Below, piece after piece: positions 10,997-21,126 of a DNA stretch of 64,000 nt (position 1 is the first letter of the stretch; the number at the start of each line of letters is the position of its first letter). The notes beneath the pieces were generated by a model. The model was not told where the DNA came from. It did no database searches and worked only from the letters and a program-made list of their open reading frames with translations. The position numbers and the translations under genes were made by a program. The DNA is from a virus (Duplodnaviria; Caudoviricetes). The stretch spans positions 128,001 through 192,000 of the IMG/VR virus record IMGVR_UViG_3300032334_001433; one strand, 5' to 3'.

Positions 10997-11787
10997 TAAT
11001 AACTGGAGCAAATGGATTTATTGGACAAAATGCAATAGACTATTTTGTAAAAAGAAATTATAATGTCGTTGGTCTTGATATTGAGGATGGCCCAATATAT
11101 TCAAAAGACATAACAGGAGTTGTTCATTTAGGAGCAATCTCTAATACATTAGAAAAAGATTGGGGTAGGTTAACAAGATTAAATGTTGATAGTACCAATA
11201 ATTGGTTTGATTATTGTAACGAAAATAATATTCCCTTTATATTTGCAAGTTCTGCTGCAATTTATGGAAATGGAGACGGACCATTAAATCTTTATGCCAA
11301 AAGCAAACTCGATAGCGAAAAATATATTGATAATAGAGCAGTTGTTCTAAGATTCTTTAATGTATATGGACCGCACGAGGAGCATAAAGGCAGAATGGCT
11401 AGTACAATATATCATTGGTATAATCAAATTAAAGATACAGGTAAGGCAAAAATATTTGAGGAATCTGATTCAATTTATAGAGATTTTATCTATGTACAAG
11501 ATGTTATTAAAGTAATAGAATTCTTTTTAAATAACTATGTTCCCGGAACATATGATTTAGGATCAGGTACCCAAAATAATTTTGAGTATGTACTACAATG
11601 CCTATTAGAAAAAATGGGATTAGGTGAAAAGGAATATATAAAATTTCCTGAAGATATAGTTAATCAGTATCAAAAGAATACATCTTCTGATATGACAACA
11701 TTGGAAAAAATTGGATATAATTTATCAAGTATGACTACAATAAAGGAAGGCGTTTCCAATTATGTAGATTACTTGAAACAAGGATAA
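10990..11787 (+). CDS. hldD: ADP-L-glycero-D-manno-heptose 6-epimerase-like
   Basis: TGANGFIG, ASSAAIYG, PLNLYAKSK, RFFNVYGPHEEHKGRMAS. Confidence 0.85.
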   Translation: MVIITGANGFIGQNAIDYFVKRNYNVVGLDIEDGPIYSKDITGVVHLGAISNTLEKDWGRLTRLNVDSTNNWFDYCNENNIPFIFASSAAIYGNGDGPLNLYAKSKLDSEKYIDNRAVVLRFFNVYGPHEEHKGRMASTIYHWYNQIKDTGKAKIFEESDSIYRDFIYVQDVIKVIEFFLNNYVPGTYDLGSGTQNNFEYVLQCLLEKMGLGEKEYIKFPEDIVNQYQKNTSSDMTTLEKIGYNLSSMTTIKEGVSNYVDYLKQG

Positions 11788-11791
11788 AATA

Positions 11792-12580
11792 ATGGCAGGC
11801 GATAGATTATTACTACATACTCATACTGGTCTCGGCGATCATATAATTTGTAACGGAATGGTTCACGCATTTGCAGAAGTCTGTGATGTGGTATATGTTC
11901 CTTATAGAAAATTCTTTAGAGAATCTATGCAAACACTATATGAGGGATTTGGTAATATTGAATTATTAGAATTCCCCGATATTGATATTACGCGCAATAG
12001 GCATTTGCTAGAAGATTTTGCAAATAAAAATAATTGCAGTATGTTAAGTGCAGCAGATCCTGAAATACAATATACTAGATTATTGCGTAAACTTCCTAAT
12101 GGTCAACTTGATTATGCAAATCTTGCAATAAGTTCTGATAGACAAATGTATGAAATTGTAGAGGTTCCTTTTTCTGCAAGATATACTAAATGTAGAATTC
12201 CGCAAACTACTAAGAATTCTAAAAAGCTATTTGATTCCTTATATAAAGGAAATGACTATATGTTAGTCCATAGATACAGTAGTAACAAGCCTGACGGGTA
12301 TCCTGTAAATCTGAATGTTTCTGGCAATATAAATAATCTTGATATTATTGAAATTAAAGAAGGTGCTACCAATAATATATTTGATTATATGGATTTAATT
12401 TATAATGCTAAAGAAATTAATGTAGTTCATAGTAGCGTAGGATGTTTGGTTGATAGTGTTGTTGATAGAACCCCTGCTAGATTGTTCTTCCATAACATAA
12501 AAGCAAGCGTGGAGACCCAAGTTAATTGTAGATGGAACAATAATCGTTGGGGAGTTATAGGATATGAGGTAATGTATTGA
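11792..12580 (+). CDS. Hypothetical protein, putative GT-B glycosyltransferase
   Basis: GLGDHIICNGM motif; paralogue at 30203-31036. Confidence 0.55.
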   Translation: MAGDRLLLHTHTGLGDHIICNGMVHAFAEVCDVVYVPYRKFFRESMQTLYEGFGNIELLEFPDIDITRNRHLLEDFANKNNCSMLSAADPEIQYTRLLRKLPNGQLDYANLAISSDRQMYEIVEVPFSARYTKCRIPQTTKNSKKLFDSLYKGNDYMLVHRYSSNKPDGYPVNLNVSGNINNLDIIEIKEGATNNIFDYMDLIYNAKEINVVHSSVGCLVDSVVDRTPARLFFHNIKASVETQVNCRWNNNRWGVIGYEVMY

Positions 12581-12581
12581 T

Positions 12582-13523
12582 ATGAAAAGACATTTGATTA
12601 TAGGTGATTTGATCTTTGATAGGTTTATTTATGGTAATGCTACAAGAATCTCTGCAGAAGCACCGACGTTAGTACTGGATACAGAAGATGAAGTTGATAT
12701 GCTCGGCGGAGCATACAATGTTGCTGCACATATATGTTCATTGGGACATAATGTAAATTTCATTTCAGCTGTTGGTAATGATTATGATTCTGTGGTCTCC
12801 ACTTTTAAAGACAACTTTCATCTTAACAGTAACTGTTTTATTACAAAAGAAGCAGGCAGAAAAACTACTGTAAAAACTAGATTGATATCTAAGTATAAAA
12901 ATGCACATTTACTTAGATACGACAACGAATCTACGCATCCATTATTAGAAAATACTGAGAATGAAATTATAGAATATGTTAAGAATAACATATCTTTGTT
13001 CGATGATATACTATTGATTGACTATAAAAAAGGTGTTGTCACAAAGAAAGTTGCAGAATCTATTATAGAAATTGCAAATATGCACAACATCCCAGTATTG
13101 GTAGATACAAAAAGAGATGATCTAAGTATCTTTACTGCGGCAACAGTTATAAAACCAAATAAATACGAATTTGAAAAAATTAGATTGCGATATGCATCTG
13201 ATTTTTCAATGGAAGAGGCGTGTAGAATAATTTGTAATAAATTACGAATTCAGAAAATAGTTATTACTGCAGGCAATGATGGCATATACGCTTATGATAG
13301 CGTGCAGGGTTTAATACACTCAAAGGCAGAGGAAGTAAAGGTAAAAGAGTTAAGTGGCGCAGGAGATTCTGTACTAGCTGTTTTAAGTTTTTGCTTTTTA
13401 GAAGGACATTCTTTTGAGGAAAGTATTGGATATGCAAATAAATTAGCTGCAAAATTTGTATCTTCAGGTATACAATATAGAGCAAAATTGGATGATCTAA
13501 TAAAAGGAAATGAAACTATATGA
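12582..13523 (+). CDS. HldE/RfaE-type heptose-phosphate kinase domain (PfkB family)
   Basis: RISAEAP, GGAYNVA, DYKKG, SGAGDSV; no fused adenylyltransferase domain. Confidence 0.85.
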   Translation: MKRHLIIGDLIFDRFIYGNATRISAEAPTLVLDTEDEVDMLGGAYNVAAHICSLGHNVNFISAVGNDYDSVVSTFKDNFHLNSNCFITKEAGRKTTVKTRLISKYKNAHLLRYDNESTHPLLENTENEIIEYVKNNISLFDDILLIDYKKGVVTKKVAESIIEIANMHNIPVLVDTKRDDLSIFTAATVIKPNKYEFEKIRLRYASDFSMEEACRIICNKLRIQKIVITAGNDGIYAYDSVQGLIHSKAEEVKVKELSGAGDSVLAVLSFCFLEGHSFEESIGYANKLAAKFVSSGIQYRAKLDDLIKGNETI

Positions 13524-14551
13524 GCAATTTTTTAGCTGCGGTAATCCGCAAACATTTTGAACCTTTAAGTATTGAAGAATTTGAACATCAAGATCCTACC
13601 GAAGGGCAAGTTCTTGTTGAAATGATTTCTTCTGGTCTTTGCGGCGCTCAAATAAATGAGATAGACGCAGTTAAAGGGTGGGACAAATATATGCCACATT
13701 TTATGGGGCACGAAGGATTTGGTCAAGTAAAACAAATTGGCGACAAGGTTACTAAAGTAAAACCTGGAGACTATGTTGTACTACATTGGAGAAAAGGTAT
13801 TGGCTGTGATTGTTTTGGTGGGAAATATTTTTCCAAATTAGGAATTGTTGGTTCCGGCCCAGTAACAACTTTTGCAGAAAAAACAATCGTTGCAGAAAAC
13901 AGAGTAACTCCTGTAAACTACAAACCAGAATTGACGAATCTTTACCCATTAATGGGATGTGCATTTTCCACAGCATATGGCATTGTAAAGCACGATTTAA
14001 AAATAAAAGATGATGCAAATATTTTAATTACTGGAGCCGGTGGATTAGGATTAACTATTGCATTCTGGCTAAAAGTATTATATAATGTAAATGTTACATT
14101 AGTTGATCGCTACGAAGTTAAACGTCCGTTTGTAGAACAATTTGGTGCAAAGTATTTTTCCTATGAAACAGCACCAGCATTTTTTGCAGAATCTCCTTTA
14201 ATGGATTATTGTATTGACACTTCAGGAAATACAGATGTAATTTCTAAGGCATTTTCTCTTCTTGGCAAACAAGGCTCATTAGTATTAGTCGGGCAACCAA
14301 AGACAGGAGAAAAATTAACATTGGATAATGCGTTAAAAATATTTGATGGTATAAAAATATTTAGTTCAGATGGTGGTAATTTTGTTCCTGAGAATGATTT
14401 GGCCGATATTATTATGCACATCGACAATAATATTGAACTTGCAAATAAACTAGTAACCGATGTAATTGGTTTAGAAGATATAAATAATGGTTTTGCCAAA
14501 ATGAGAAACGGCGAGGCTGGAAGAATTGTTATTAATTTTAAGGAGCACTAA
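13520..14551 (+). CDS. Zn-dependent alcohol dehydrogenase
   Basis: GLCGAQ, GHEGFG, GAGGLG. Confidence 0.85.
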   Translation: MSNFLAAVIRKHFEPLSIEEFEHQDPTEGQVLVEMISSGLCGAQINEIDAVKGWDKYMPHFMGHEGFGQVKQIGDKVTKVKPGDYVVLHWRKGIGCDCFGGKYFSKLGIVGSGPVTTFAEKTIVAENRVTPVNYKPELTNLYPLMGCAFSTAYGIVKHDLKIKDDANILITGAGGLGLTIAFWLKVLYNVNVTLVDRYEVKRPFVEQFGAKYFSYETAPAFFAESPLMDYCIDTSGNTDVISKAFSLLGKQGSLVLVGQPKTGEKLTLDNALKIFDGIKIFSSDGGNFVPENDLADIIMHIDNNIELANKLVTDVIGLEDINNGFAKMRNGEAGRIVINFKEH

Positions 14552-15754
14552 ATGAAAAGAGATTGGACACCAGAAGAGCTAATTGCCTTTGAGGACAGGA
14601 TTGGCGAGCTATATTTAGATAATAAATTACCATTTTTATTCCATCTATCTGGTGGTAATGAAACACAACTAATTGATATCTTTAAAGATATTAAAGAAGG
14701 CGACTATGTTATTTCTAATCACAGAAGCCATTATCATGCATTGCTACATGGCATTCCACCAGAAGTAGTTGAAGATCGTATTCTAAATGGTCGTAGTATG
14801 TTTATTTACGACAAGGCTAGAAACTTCTTCTGTTCTGCAATTATTGGCGGAACTCCTGCAATTGCAGCAGGTCTTGCATGGGCATTGAAACGTAAAGGAT
14901 CTACACAAAAGGTATGGTGCTTTATTGGAGATGGAACAGAAGATAACGGCCACACTTATGAAGCAATTCGCTATGTAGATGGATGGGACTTGCCTTGCAA
15001 GTTTGTTATTGAGAACAACAACCGTTCAGTAGAAGCAACCAACGAACAACGTTGGGGCAAAGCTGCGGATTATGTTTGGAATTCCCCTTCTGTTATTAAA
15101 TACAAATATGAAATTACATATCCTCATGCTAGAAAACCCGGCATGATTGATTTGTCAAAAGCTGTTAAGAAAACAGATGATGAATATTTCCCGCCTTTAA
15201 AGGAAATCGAATATCCAGAATTTACAGTTGACGAATTAAAATATAAAGATGCTGCATTTAAGGCAATGACCGAATTGGGCAACGAAGGCGCAATCTTTAT
15301 TGGATATAATGTTAACAATGCTCCAGGCGGTAACGCAATGGGAACATTGAAAGGCGTATCCGATGAACAAAAATTAGAAACTCCTGTTGCAGAAAATCTA
15401 ATGGCTGGATTGGCAATTGGTATGGGATTTGAAGGATTTATTCCAGTTCTATATTTTGAACGTCATGACTTTATGTTAGTTGCAATGGATGCGATTGTTA
15501 ATCATATTGACAAGATTGAAAGAATTTCTCATGGAGAGTATACTGTTCCTGTAATTATCAGAGCAGTTACTGCAGATGGCGGTCCTTTCTATTCAGGAAT
15601 TACTCACTCGCAAGACTTTACCAATATGCTTAGAACCGCAGTAAGTTTCCCAGTATATGATCCTGTATCTGGTGCAGATTTAGAACTTGCATTTAAGAAA
15701 GCTAGATATAGTGGGCGTCCGGCAATTATTGTTGAAAGAAAATCTAGATATTAA
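14552..15754 (+). CDS. Fused E1-alpha-like and transketolase pyrimidine-binding-domain ThDP enzyme
   Basis: HLSGGNE, SNHRSHYH, GDG...ENN, followed by ETPVAENLMAGLAIG and RHDFMLVAMDAIVN. Confidence 0.8.
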   Translation: MKRDWTPEELIAFEDRIGELYLDNKLPFLFHLSGGNETQLIDIFKDIKEGDYVISNHRSHYHALLHGIPPEVVEDRILNGRSMFIYDKARNFFCSAIIGGTPAIAAGLAWALKRKGSTQKVWCFIGDGTEDNGHTYEAIRYVDGWDLPCKFVIENNNRSVEATNEQRWGKAADYVWNSPSVIKYKYEITYPHARKPGMIDLSKAVKKTDDEYFPPLKEIEYPEFTVDELKYKDAAFKAMTELGNEGAIFIGYNVNNAPGGNAMGTLKGVSDEQKLETPVAENLMAGLAIGMGFEGFIPVLYFERHDFMLVAMDAIVNHIDKIERISHGEYTVPVIIRAVTADGGPFYSGITHSQDFTNMLRTAVSFPVYDPVSGADLELAFKKARYSGRPAIIVERKSRY

Positions 15755-15755
15755 A

Positions 15756-16454
15756 ATGAGAAAGATTATATCTATATCTGTGTGGGGCGATTCGCCCCGC
15801 TACATTGTTGGTGCTCATCGACAATATGAATTGGCAAAAGAATTTTACCCTGATTGGGAATTTAGAATTTATACTGACGACAAACGAAAGTTTGAAAATC
15901 TAACTGATGCTAATATTATAGAAGTAACAGATGACAGTTATGGCATGTTCTGGAGATTTAAAGCTTTATTTGAATCAGATGATAATGTTGTAATTGTCCG
16001 AGATTCCGATAGCAGAATAACTATCAGAGAACAACGAGCAGTTAATGAATGGTTAAACTCTGATAAGAAATTCCATACATTTCAAGATCATGAAGCTCAT
16101 TACGAATTCCCTATCATAGGATGTGCTTTTGGATATAAAGGTAGATTTAATAATCCAATGTATAATCTAATGTATTATTATATGAAAAATTTTGCATATT
16201 ATCTAGGCGATCAAATATTCTTAAAAGAAGTTATATGGCCTATGGTTAGAGATAGTGCAATGATACATTCTATGAATGCAGGTTGGTTTGGAGAAACAAG
16301 AAAACAATTAGTTAATCCTTACGACTTTTGTGGCAATGGATATAATGAAGATGATATGCCATTATATCCACCAACACTTAAAGAATGTAATGGATATAAT
16401 CCAGAAAATACTCCTAAAGAATTTAAATTTAGTAATGGTATTCTTATAAATTAA
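15756..16454 (+). CDS. Hypothetical protein, putative glycosyltransferase
   Basis: KIISISVWG, MFWRF, VRDSDSR. Confidence 0.55.
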   Translation: MRKIISISVWGDSPRYIVGAHRQYELAKEFYPDWEFRIYTDDKRKFENLTDANIIEVTDDSYGMFWRFKALFESDDNVVIVRDSDSRITIREQRAVNEWLNSDKKFHTFQDHEAHYEFPIIGCAFGYKGRFNNPMYNLMYYYMKNFAYYLGDQIFLKEVIWPMVRDSAMIHSMNAGWFGETRKQLVNPYDFCGNGYNEDDMPLYPPTLKECNGYNPENTPKEFKFSNGILIN

Positions 16455-16465
16455 AGGCAAATTAT

Positions 16466-17113
16466 ATGGCACAATATTATGGCTCTTCTGAAGAAGATAA
16501 ATTCATTGAGGAATATTTTCCAAAAGGATACGTTGGTAAATGTATCGAGGTTGGCGGCAGTGATGGCATTACTCATTCAAACACATACTATTTTGAGAAA
16601 TCATTGGGATGGGATTGTTTAGTAATAGAGCCCCAACCAGGTCCTCGATTCTTTGATTCTTGTGAAGAAAAAAGAAAACAAGCATTAAATTGTGCAGTGT
16701 CTACTGAGAATACAAATGATGCAGAATTTACAATAGTATATTGTAACTATCAAAACCAAGGGCACCAACCTTGGGGCGGTATGAGTGGGTTGCAGGTAGA
16801 TCAAAAATTAGTTGAGGCACATAAAGAAATGGGACTTGATCCTCAGGAACTTAAAATTAATGTGCCTTCAAGACGTTTAGATTGGATTATTGAAAATTAT
16901 TTTGAGCATCCTGTTATTGACTTTATTACTATTGATACCGAAGGAACAGAACTAGATGTTTTGAAATCTTTTGATACTACAAAATATAAAACCAAACTAT
17001 TAGTTATCGAAAACAATTGGAAGAATGCTGAAATTGAAGATTATTTATCTCAATTTGGTTGGACTAAAGATAAAGTTATTGAGCAGAATGAATTCTATGT
17101 GAGAGACGTATGA
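16466..17113 (+). CDS. FkbM-family methyltransferase
   Basis: IEVGGSDG...SNT, IDTEGTELDVL. Confidence 0.85.
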   Translation: MAQYYGSSEEDKFIEEYFPKGYVGKCIEVGGSDGITHSNTYYFEKSLGWDCLVIEPQPGPRFFDSCEEKRKQALNCAVSTENTNDAEFTIVYCNYQNQGHQPWGGMSGLQVDQKLVEAHKEMGLDPQELKINVPSRRLDWIIENYFEHPVIDFITIDTEGTELDVLKSFDTTKYKTKLLVIENNWKNAEIEDYLSQFGWTKDKVIEQNEFYVRDV

Positions 17114-17835
17114 CAGACGTTACTATTGTTACGGCAACAACTGGTTCTAAATATTTAAGAAAGAATATAGAATCAGTTGCAAAACAAACCTATAAAAACA
17201 TACAACATCTAGTTGTTGTAGATGGTGAACACAGATCATTTGATGCAACAAAACAAATATTAAATTTTAACCATCCAAATCTTGATTATATGGTATTACC
17301 ATATGCAACGGGACTTGAACAATATAATGGCCATAGAATTTATGGCGCAAGTACATATCTTGCTAAAGGCGACTATATCTGCTACTTGGATGAGGATAAT
17401 TGGTTAGAACCAGATCACATTGAAAATCTAATGAATGCAATTGGAGATAAACAATGGGCATACTCATTAAGAAAGATTGTGGATTCGGATGGCAAATTTA
17501 TTTGCAACGATGACTGTGAAAGTCTAGGAGACTATAAATCAGTTATAAACGATTACTTTGTCGATGTTAATTGTTTCTTTTTTGCTAAACCATTGGCATT
17601 ACAATTGTCTCCTATTTGGTATAGACGCGCAAGACATCCCGACGATCAACCTGAAGTTGATCGAGCATTGACATATACACTAAAAGACAATACAATTGAG
17701 GCTGCAGCAACCGGTAAGTATACTGTTAACTATAGAGCAGGAAACAGATCAGATTCGGTGCAAGCGGAGTTCTTTCTGAGAGGAAATGAACATATGAATA
17801 AATTATATAATGGAAATTTACCATGGCGGAAATAA
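17110..17835 (+). CDS. GT2-family glycosyltransferase
   Basis: SVAKQTY, VVDG, YLDEDNW DxD motif. Confidence 0.85.
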   Translation: MTDVTIVTATTGSKYLRKNIESVAKQTYKNIQHLVVVDGEHRSFDATKQILNFNHPNLDYMVLPYATGLEQYNGHRIYGASTYLAKGDYICYLDEDNWLEPDHIENLMNAIGDKQWAYSLRKIVDSDGKFICNDDCESLGDYKSVINDYFVDVNCFFFAKPLALQLSPIWYRRARHPDDQPEVDRALTYTLKDNTIEAAATGKYTVNYRAGNRSDSVQAEFFLRGNEHMNKLYNGNLPWRK

Positions 17836-18131
17836 ATTATAAGTACAACGAAGGCGAGCTTATTCAGGAATTTAAAGACTATATTGATAAAACATATGGT
17901 CAACACTATTCAATGAATAAATTTCAAGCAACGGAATTTATTATTGATAATGGACATGGCGTTGGATTCACCGCAGGGAACGTCATGAAATATGTCCAAA
18001 GGTACGGAAAAAAAGCAGGAAGGAATAGACAAGACCTTCTAAAGGTGTTACACTACGCATTGATGCTTTTATATGTACATGATATCGAAGTCAACGATAC
18101 AGATAAAACTATTGACCACCACCCTGTTTGA
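17823..18131 (+). CDS. DUF3310/SaV-like protein
   Basis: HY...GNVMKYVQRYGKKAG...DLLKVLHY. Confidence 0.75.
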   Translation: MAEINYKYNEGELIQEFKDYIDKTYGQHYSMNKFQATEFIIDNGHGVGFTAGNVMKYVQRYGKKAGRNRQDLLKVLHYALMLLYVHDIEVNDTDKTIDHHPV

Positions 18132-18150
18132 AAATTGAAAAGGAAATATT

Positions 18151-18807
18151 ATGCAAATTAGTAATGAAACAATCCAACTATTAAAGAATTTCGCTGCGAT
18201 CAACAGTAACATTTTGATTCGTAAAGGAAAGACTTTGTCCACAATCAGTACAGCAAAAAACATTTTTGCTAAAGCAACTGTGGCTGAAGACTTTCCTGTT
18301 GAAGTTCCTGTCTATGATCTAAACTCTTTGTTGGCTTTGCTAACATTGATGGAAAATCAAGATGTTGAATTCGGTGAAAAGTCTTTGACCATTTCTAAGA
18401 ACAATGGCAAGTTTGAATACTTCTATTCTAACGCAAGCGTTATTGTTTCGGCTCCAGATAAATCTATTGAAATTGATTCTCACTTCAAGTTCAGCTTGAC
18501 CGCAGAAGATATTAATATGATTATTAAAGCAGCAAATATTACAGCTGCTCCAACAATCTCAGTAACATCTAAGGATGGCAATGTTGTCCTTACTGTAGGG
18601 GATAAGAAAAATGATACAGCAAATACGTATAAACGTACAATTGGTTCAAGCAAAGATGCATTTGAATGCCATATGTCTGTAGATAATTTTAAAGTAATTC
18701 CTGATGCTTATGAAATTACAATCTCTAAAAAGAAATTGTTTCACTTTAAACACGCTACAAAATCTGTAGAATATTTTATTGCAATGGAACCGGATTCTGT
18801 AGTATGA
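18151..18807 (+). CDS. gp45: DNA polymerase sliding clamp
   Basis: LKNFAAINSNILI, YDLNSLL, YFIAME; precedes gp44 and gp62. Confidence 0.9.
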   Translation: MQISNETIQLLKNFAAINSNILIRKGKTLSTISTAKNIFAKATVAEDFPVEVPVYDLNSLLALLTLMENQDVEFGEKSLTISKNNGKFEYFYSNASVIVSAPDKSIEIDSHFKFSLTAEDINMIIKAANITAAPTISVTSKDGNVVLTVGDKKNDTANTYKRTIGSSKDAFECHMSVDNFKVIPDAYEITISKKKLFHFKHATKSVEYFIAMEPDSVV

Positions 18808-18998
18808 AAATCTTCCATACATCAAATGAAGAATATATCGCAGTTCTAGAAACAGAAGCAGAAACTTTGCGTAGGTATTATTTTGACCGTTTGAAAGAAG
18901 GGACGGGTCATTATAATACAGCAATTTCTGTTTTGGAAGAAAGAATTGCAGCATTGAAAAAAGAATTAGAAGATACAATTATTGTTTCTAATAATTAA
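18804..18998 (+). CDS. Hypothetical protein
   Basis: Operonic 64-aa ORF. Confidence 0.6.
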   Translation: MKIFHTSNEEYIAVLETEAETLRRYYFDRLKEGTGHYNTAISVLEERIAALKKELEDTIIVSNN

Positions 18999-19045
18999 TT
19001 TGTGCCTTACAAAATTTAATTAGTATTAGAAGGTGAAAATATATC

Positions 19046-19987
19046 ATGGAAAGAAAAGACGGAGAATTTCTCTGGGTTGAGGCGTACCGACCAAGAACAT
19101 TAGAAGATTGTATTCTTCCTGCAGATCAAAAGAAGGTCTTTCAGGAAATGCTCTCCAAAGGAGAGATTCAAAATATGCTATTGTGCGGCGGTGCTGGTAT
19201 GGGTAAGACTACTATTGCCCGAGCATTATGTGAAGAGTTACAAACTGATTATATCATCATTAACGGTTCAGAAGAATCTGGTATTGATGTTCTAAGAACA
19301 AAGATTAAACAGTTTGCATCTACTGTATCATTTAGCGGTAAAGCAAAAGTAGTTATTCTAGATGAAGCGGATTATTTGAATCCAAATTCTACACAACCGG
19401 CACTTCGTGCTTTTATGGAAGAATTCTCATCGAATTGCAGGTTCATCTTTACTTGTAATTTTAAGAATCGTATTATTCCTCCGCTTCATTCTAGAACAAC
19501 TGTTATAGAATTTAAATTACCTAAGAGCGAAAAGCCTAAGATTGCTGGCGCATTCTTTAAACGAGTATGCGAAATTCTTAAGCATGAGAATGTTGACTTC
19601 GATCAAAAGGTTGCAGCAAAAGTAATTGAAAAGCATTTCCCTGATTATCGTCGTATTCTAAATGAAATGCAGCGTTATAGTTCTTCAGGTAAAATTGACG
19701 AAGGCATTCTTGTTAATATGGGCGAAGCCAATATGCAGGAATTGGTTTCTTCTCTTAAAGATAAAGACTGGAAGAAAATGCGTACATGGGTTGTTAATAA
19801 CATTGACAATGATCCGCAAACTCTATTTAGAAAATTCTATGATACATTCTGTGATAGTGTAGTACAGGTTCCGCAATTAATTTTATTGCTTGCCGACTAC
19901 CAATATAAGTCTGCATTTTGTGCAGATCAAGAAATTAATTTGGTTGCATGCTTAACTGAGATTATGGCTTCTGTTGAATTTAAATAA
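19046..19987 (+). CDS. gp44: Clamp loader large subunit
   Basis: LWVEAYRP, GMGKTT, LDEADYL, SRT. Confidence 0.95.
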   Translation: MERKDGEFLWVEAYRPRTLEDCILPADQKKVFQEMLSKGEIQNMLLCGGAGMGKTTIARALCEELQTDYIIINGSEESGIDVLRTKIKQFASTVSFSGKAKVVILDEADYLNPNSTQPALRAFMEEFSSNCRFIFTCNFKNRIIPPLHSRTTVIEFKLPKSEKPKIAGAFFKRVCEILKHENVDFDQKVAAKVIEKHFPDYRRILNEMQRYSSSGKIDEGILVNMGEANMQELVSSLKDKDWKKMRTWVVNNIDNDPQTLFRKFYDTFCDSVVQVPQLILLLADYQYKSAFCADQEINLVACLTEIMASVEFK

Positions 19988-19998
19988 CAGTAAATGCT

Positions 19999-20445
19999 AT
20001 GAGTTTAGATTTTTTAGGTAAGCCAAAAGAAGAAATAACAGTAACGCCCTATAAGGCGCCAGCAATATCGCCTTTCGATTTTATTAATGCTATTCATTAT
20101 TCTAAGGATAATTTAATAGTTGACGATTGGTCTGAGAAACAATATAACCCTTTTATAATTAATAAAGGACTTTCATACGGTCACGACACAGTAATTCCTG
20201 CAAATGAGATGAATTCTCGTCCACACCTCGATAAAAAGCTACAAAATTCGTTTTTAATAAATATAATTAGGCCTAAAAAAAGATTCAATAAATGGATTAA
20301 GGCTGAGAAAATTGAAGCGATCGAGGTGATTAAGGAATACTATGGATATAGCACAGATAAAGCACGCCAAGTACTCCCACTTTTCGATAAAAATAAATTA
20401 GATTATTTAAGAATAAAACTAATAAAAGGTGGTAGGAATGGCTGA
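19999..20445 (+). CDS. gp62: Clamp loader small subunit
   Basis: YNPFIINKGLS, EYYGYS; synteny. Confidence 0.9.
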   Translation: MSLDFLGKPKEEITVTPYKAPAISPFDFINAIHYSKDNLIVDDWSEKQYNPFIINKGLSYGHDTVIPANEMNSRPHLDKKLQNSFLINIIRPKKRFNKWIKAEKIEAIEVIKEYYGYSTDKARQVLPLFDKNKLDYLRIKLIKGGRNG

Positions 20446-20866
20446 AGATATTTTTCACATTGATTTTCCTGGTTATAATCCATTAGAAGTAACCTTGACA
20501 CAACCGGACGACTTTTTGAAAGTCCGAGAAACACTAACACGCATAGGTGTAGCATCACGAAAAGATAAGGTGCTATATCAATCTTGTCATATTCTGCACA
20601 AGCAGGGTAGATATTTTATTGTACACTTTAAAGAATTGTTTGCGTTAGATGGCAAATCTGCAGATTTAACGGATAATGATCTAGAACGACGAAACACTAT
20701 TGCTAAATTGCTAATAGATTGGGGTTTAGTAAAAGTCGTAAAACCAGAATTGTTTCAAGAGCTTGCTCCATTGTCGCAGATTAAAGTAATTGCGTTTAAA
20801 GATAAACATGATTGGTCTTTGCAAACAAAATATAATATTGGTAAGAAAAAGCAAACAACAGACTAA
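20438..20866 (+). CDS. regA: Translational repressor RegA
   Basis: DDFLKVRETLTRIGVASRK, LYQSCHILHKQGRYFIVHFKELF. Confidence 0.97.
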   Translation: MAEDIFHIDFPGYNPLEVTLTQPDDFLKVRETLTRIGVASRKDKVLYQSCHILHKQGRYFIVHFKELFALDGKSADLTDNDLERRNTIAKLLIDWGLVKVVKPELFQELAPLSQIKVIAFKDKHDWSLQTKYNIGKKKQTTD

Positions 20867-20873
20867 TAATCTG

Positions 20874-20881
20874 TATAAATA
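20874..20881 (+). promoter_or_regulatory. T4-type late promoter
   Basis: TATAAATA. Confidence 0.75.
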
Positions 20882-20885
20882 ATTT

Positions 20886-21126
20886 TATCCCCGGGATGGG
20901 ATGGCAGGGGGTGCGACCTACGCCATAAGTTAAAACGCACACTAATAACACGGCGGATGCCCTGGCGTATCCGTTCTTCAATCCCACCTTAGGGCTGTTT
21001 GATGCTACGGTATAAGGCGTCCGAGAAATTTCACTGCCACTCGTTAGTTGGCCCTGTATAAAGTAAGCAGGAATAACCGCTATGCCTTCGGGGTAGCAAT
21101 TTTAACTCGCTTTTAAGGAGAAAACT
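20886..21126 (+). promoter_or_regulatory. Long structured 5' leader of hsp20 ending in a ROSE-like thermometer hairpin
   Basis: GC-rich non-coding stretch with several stems; CTCGCT pairs with SD AAGGAG leaving a bulged G. Confidence 0.6.
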
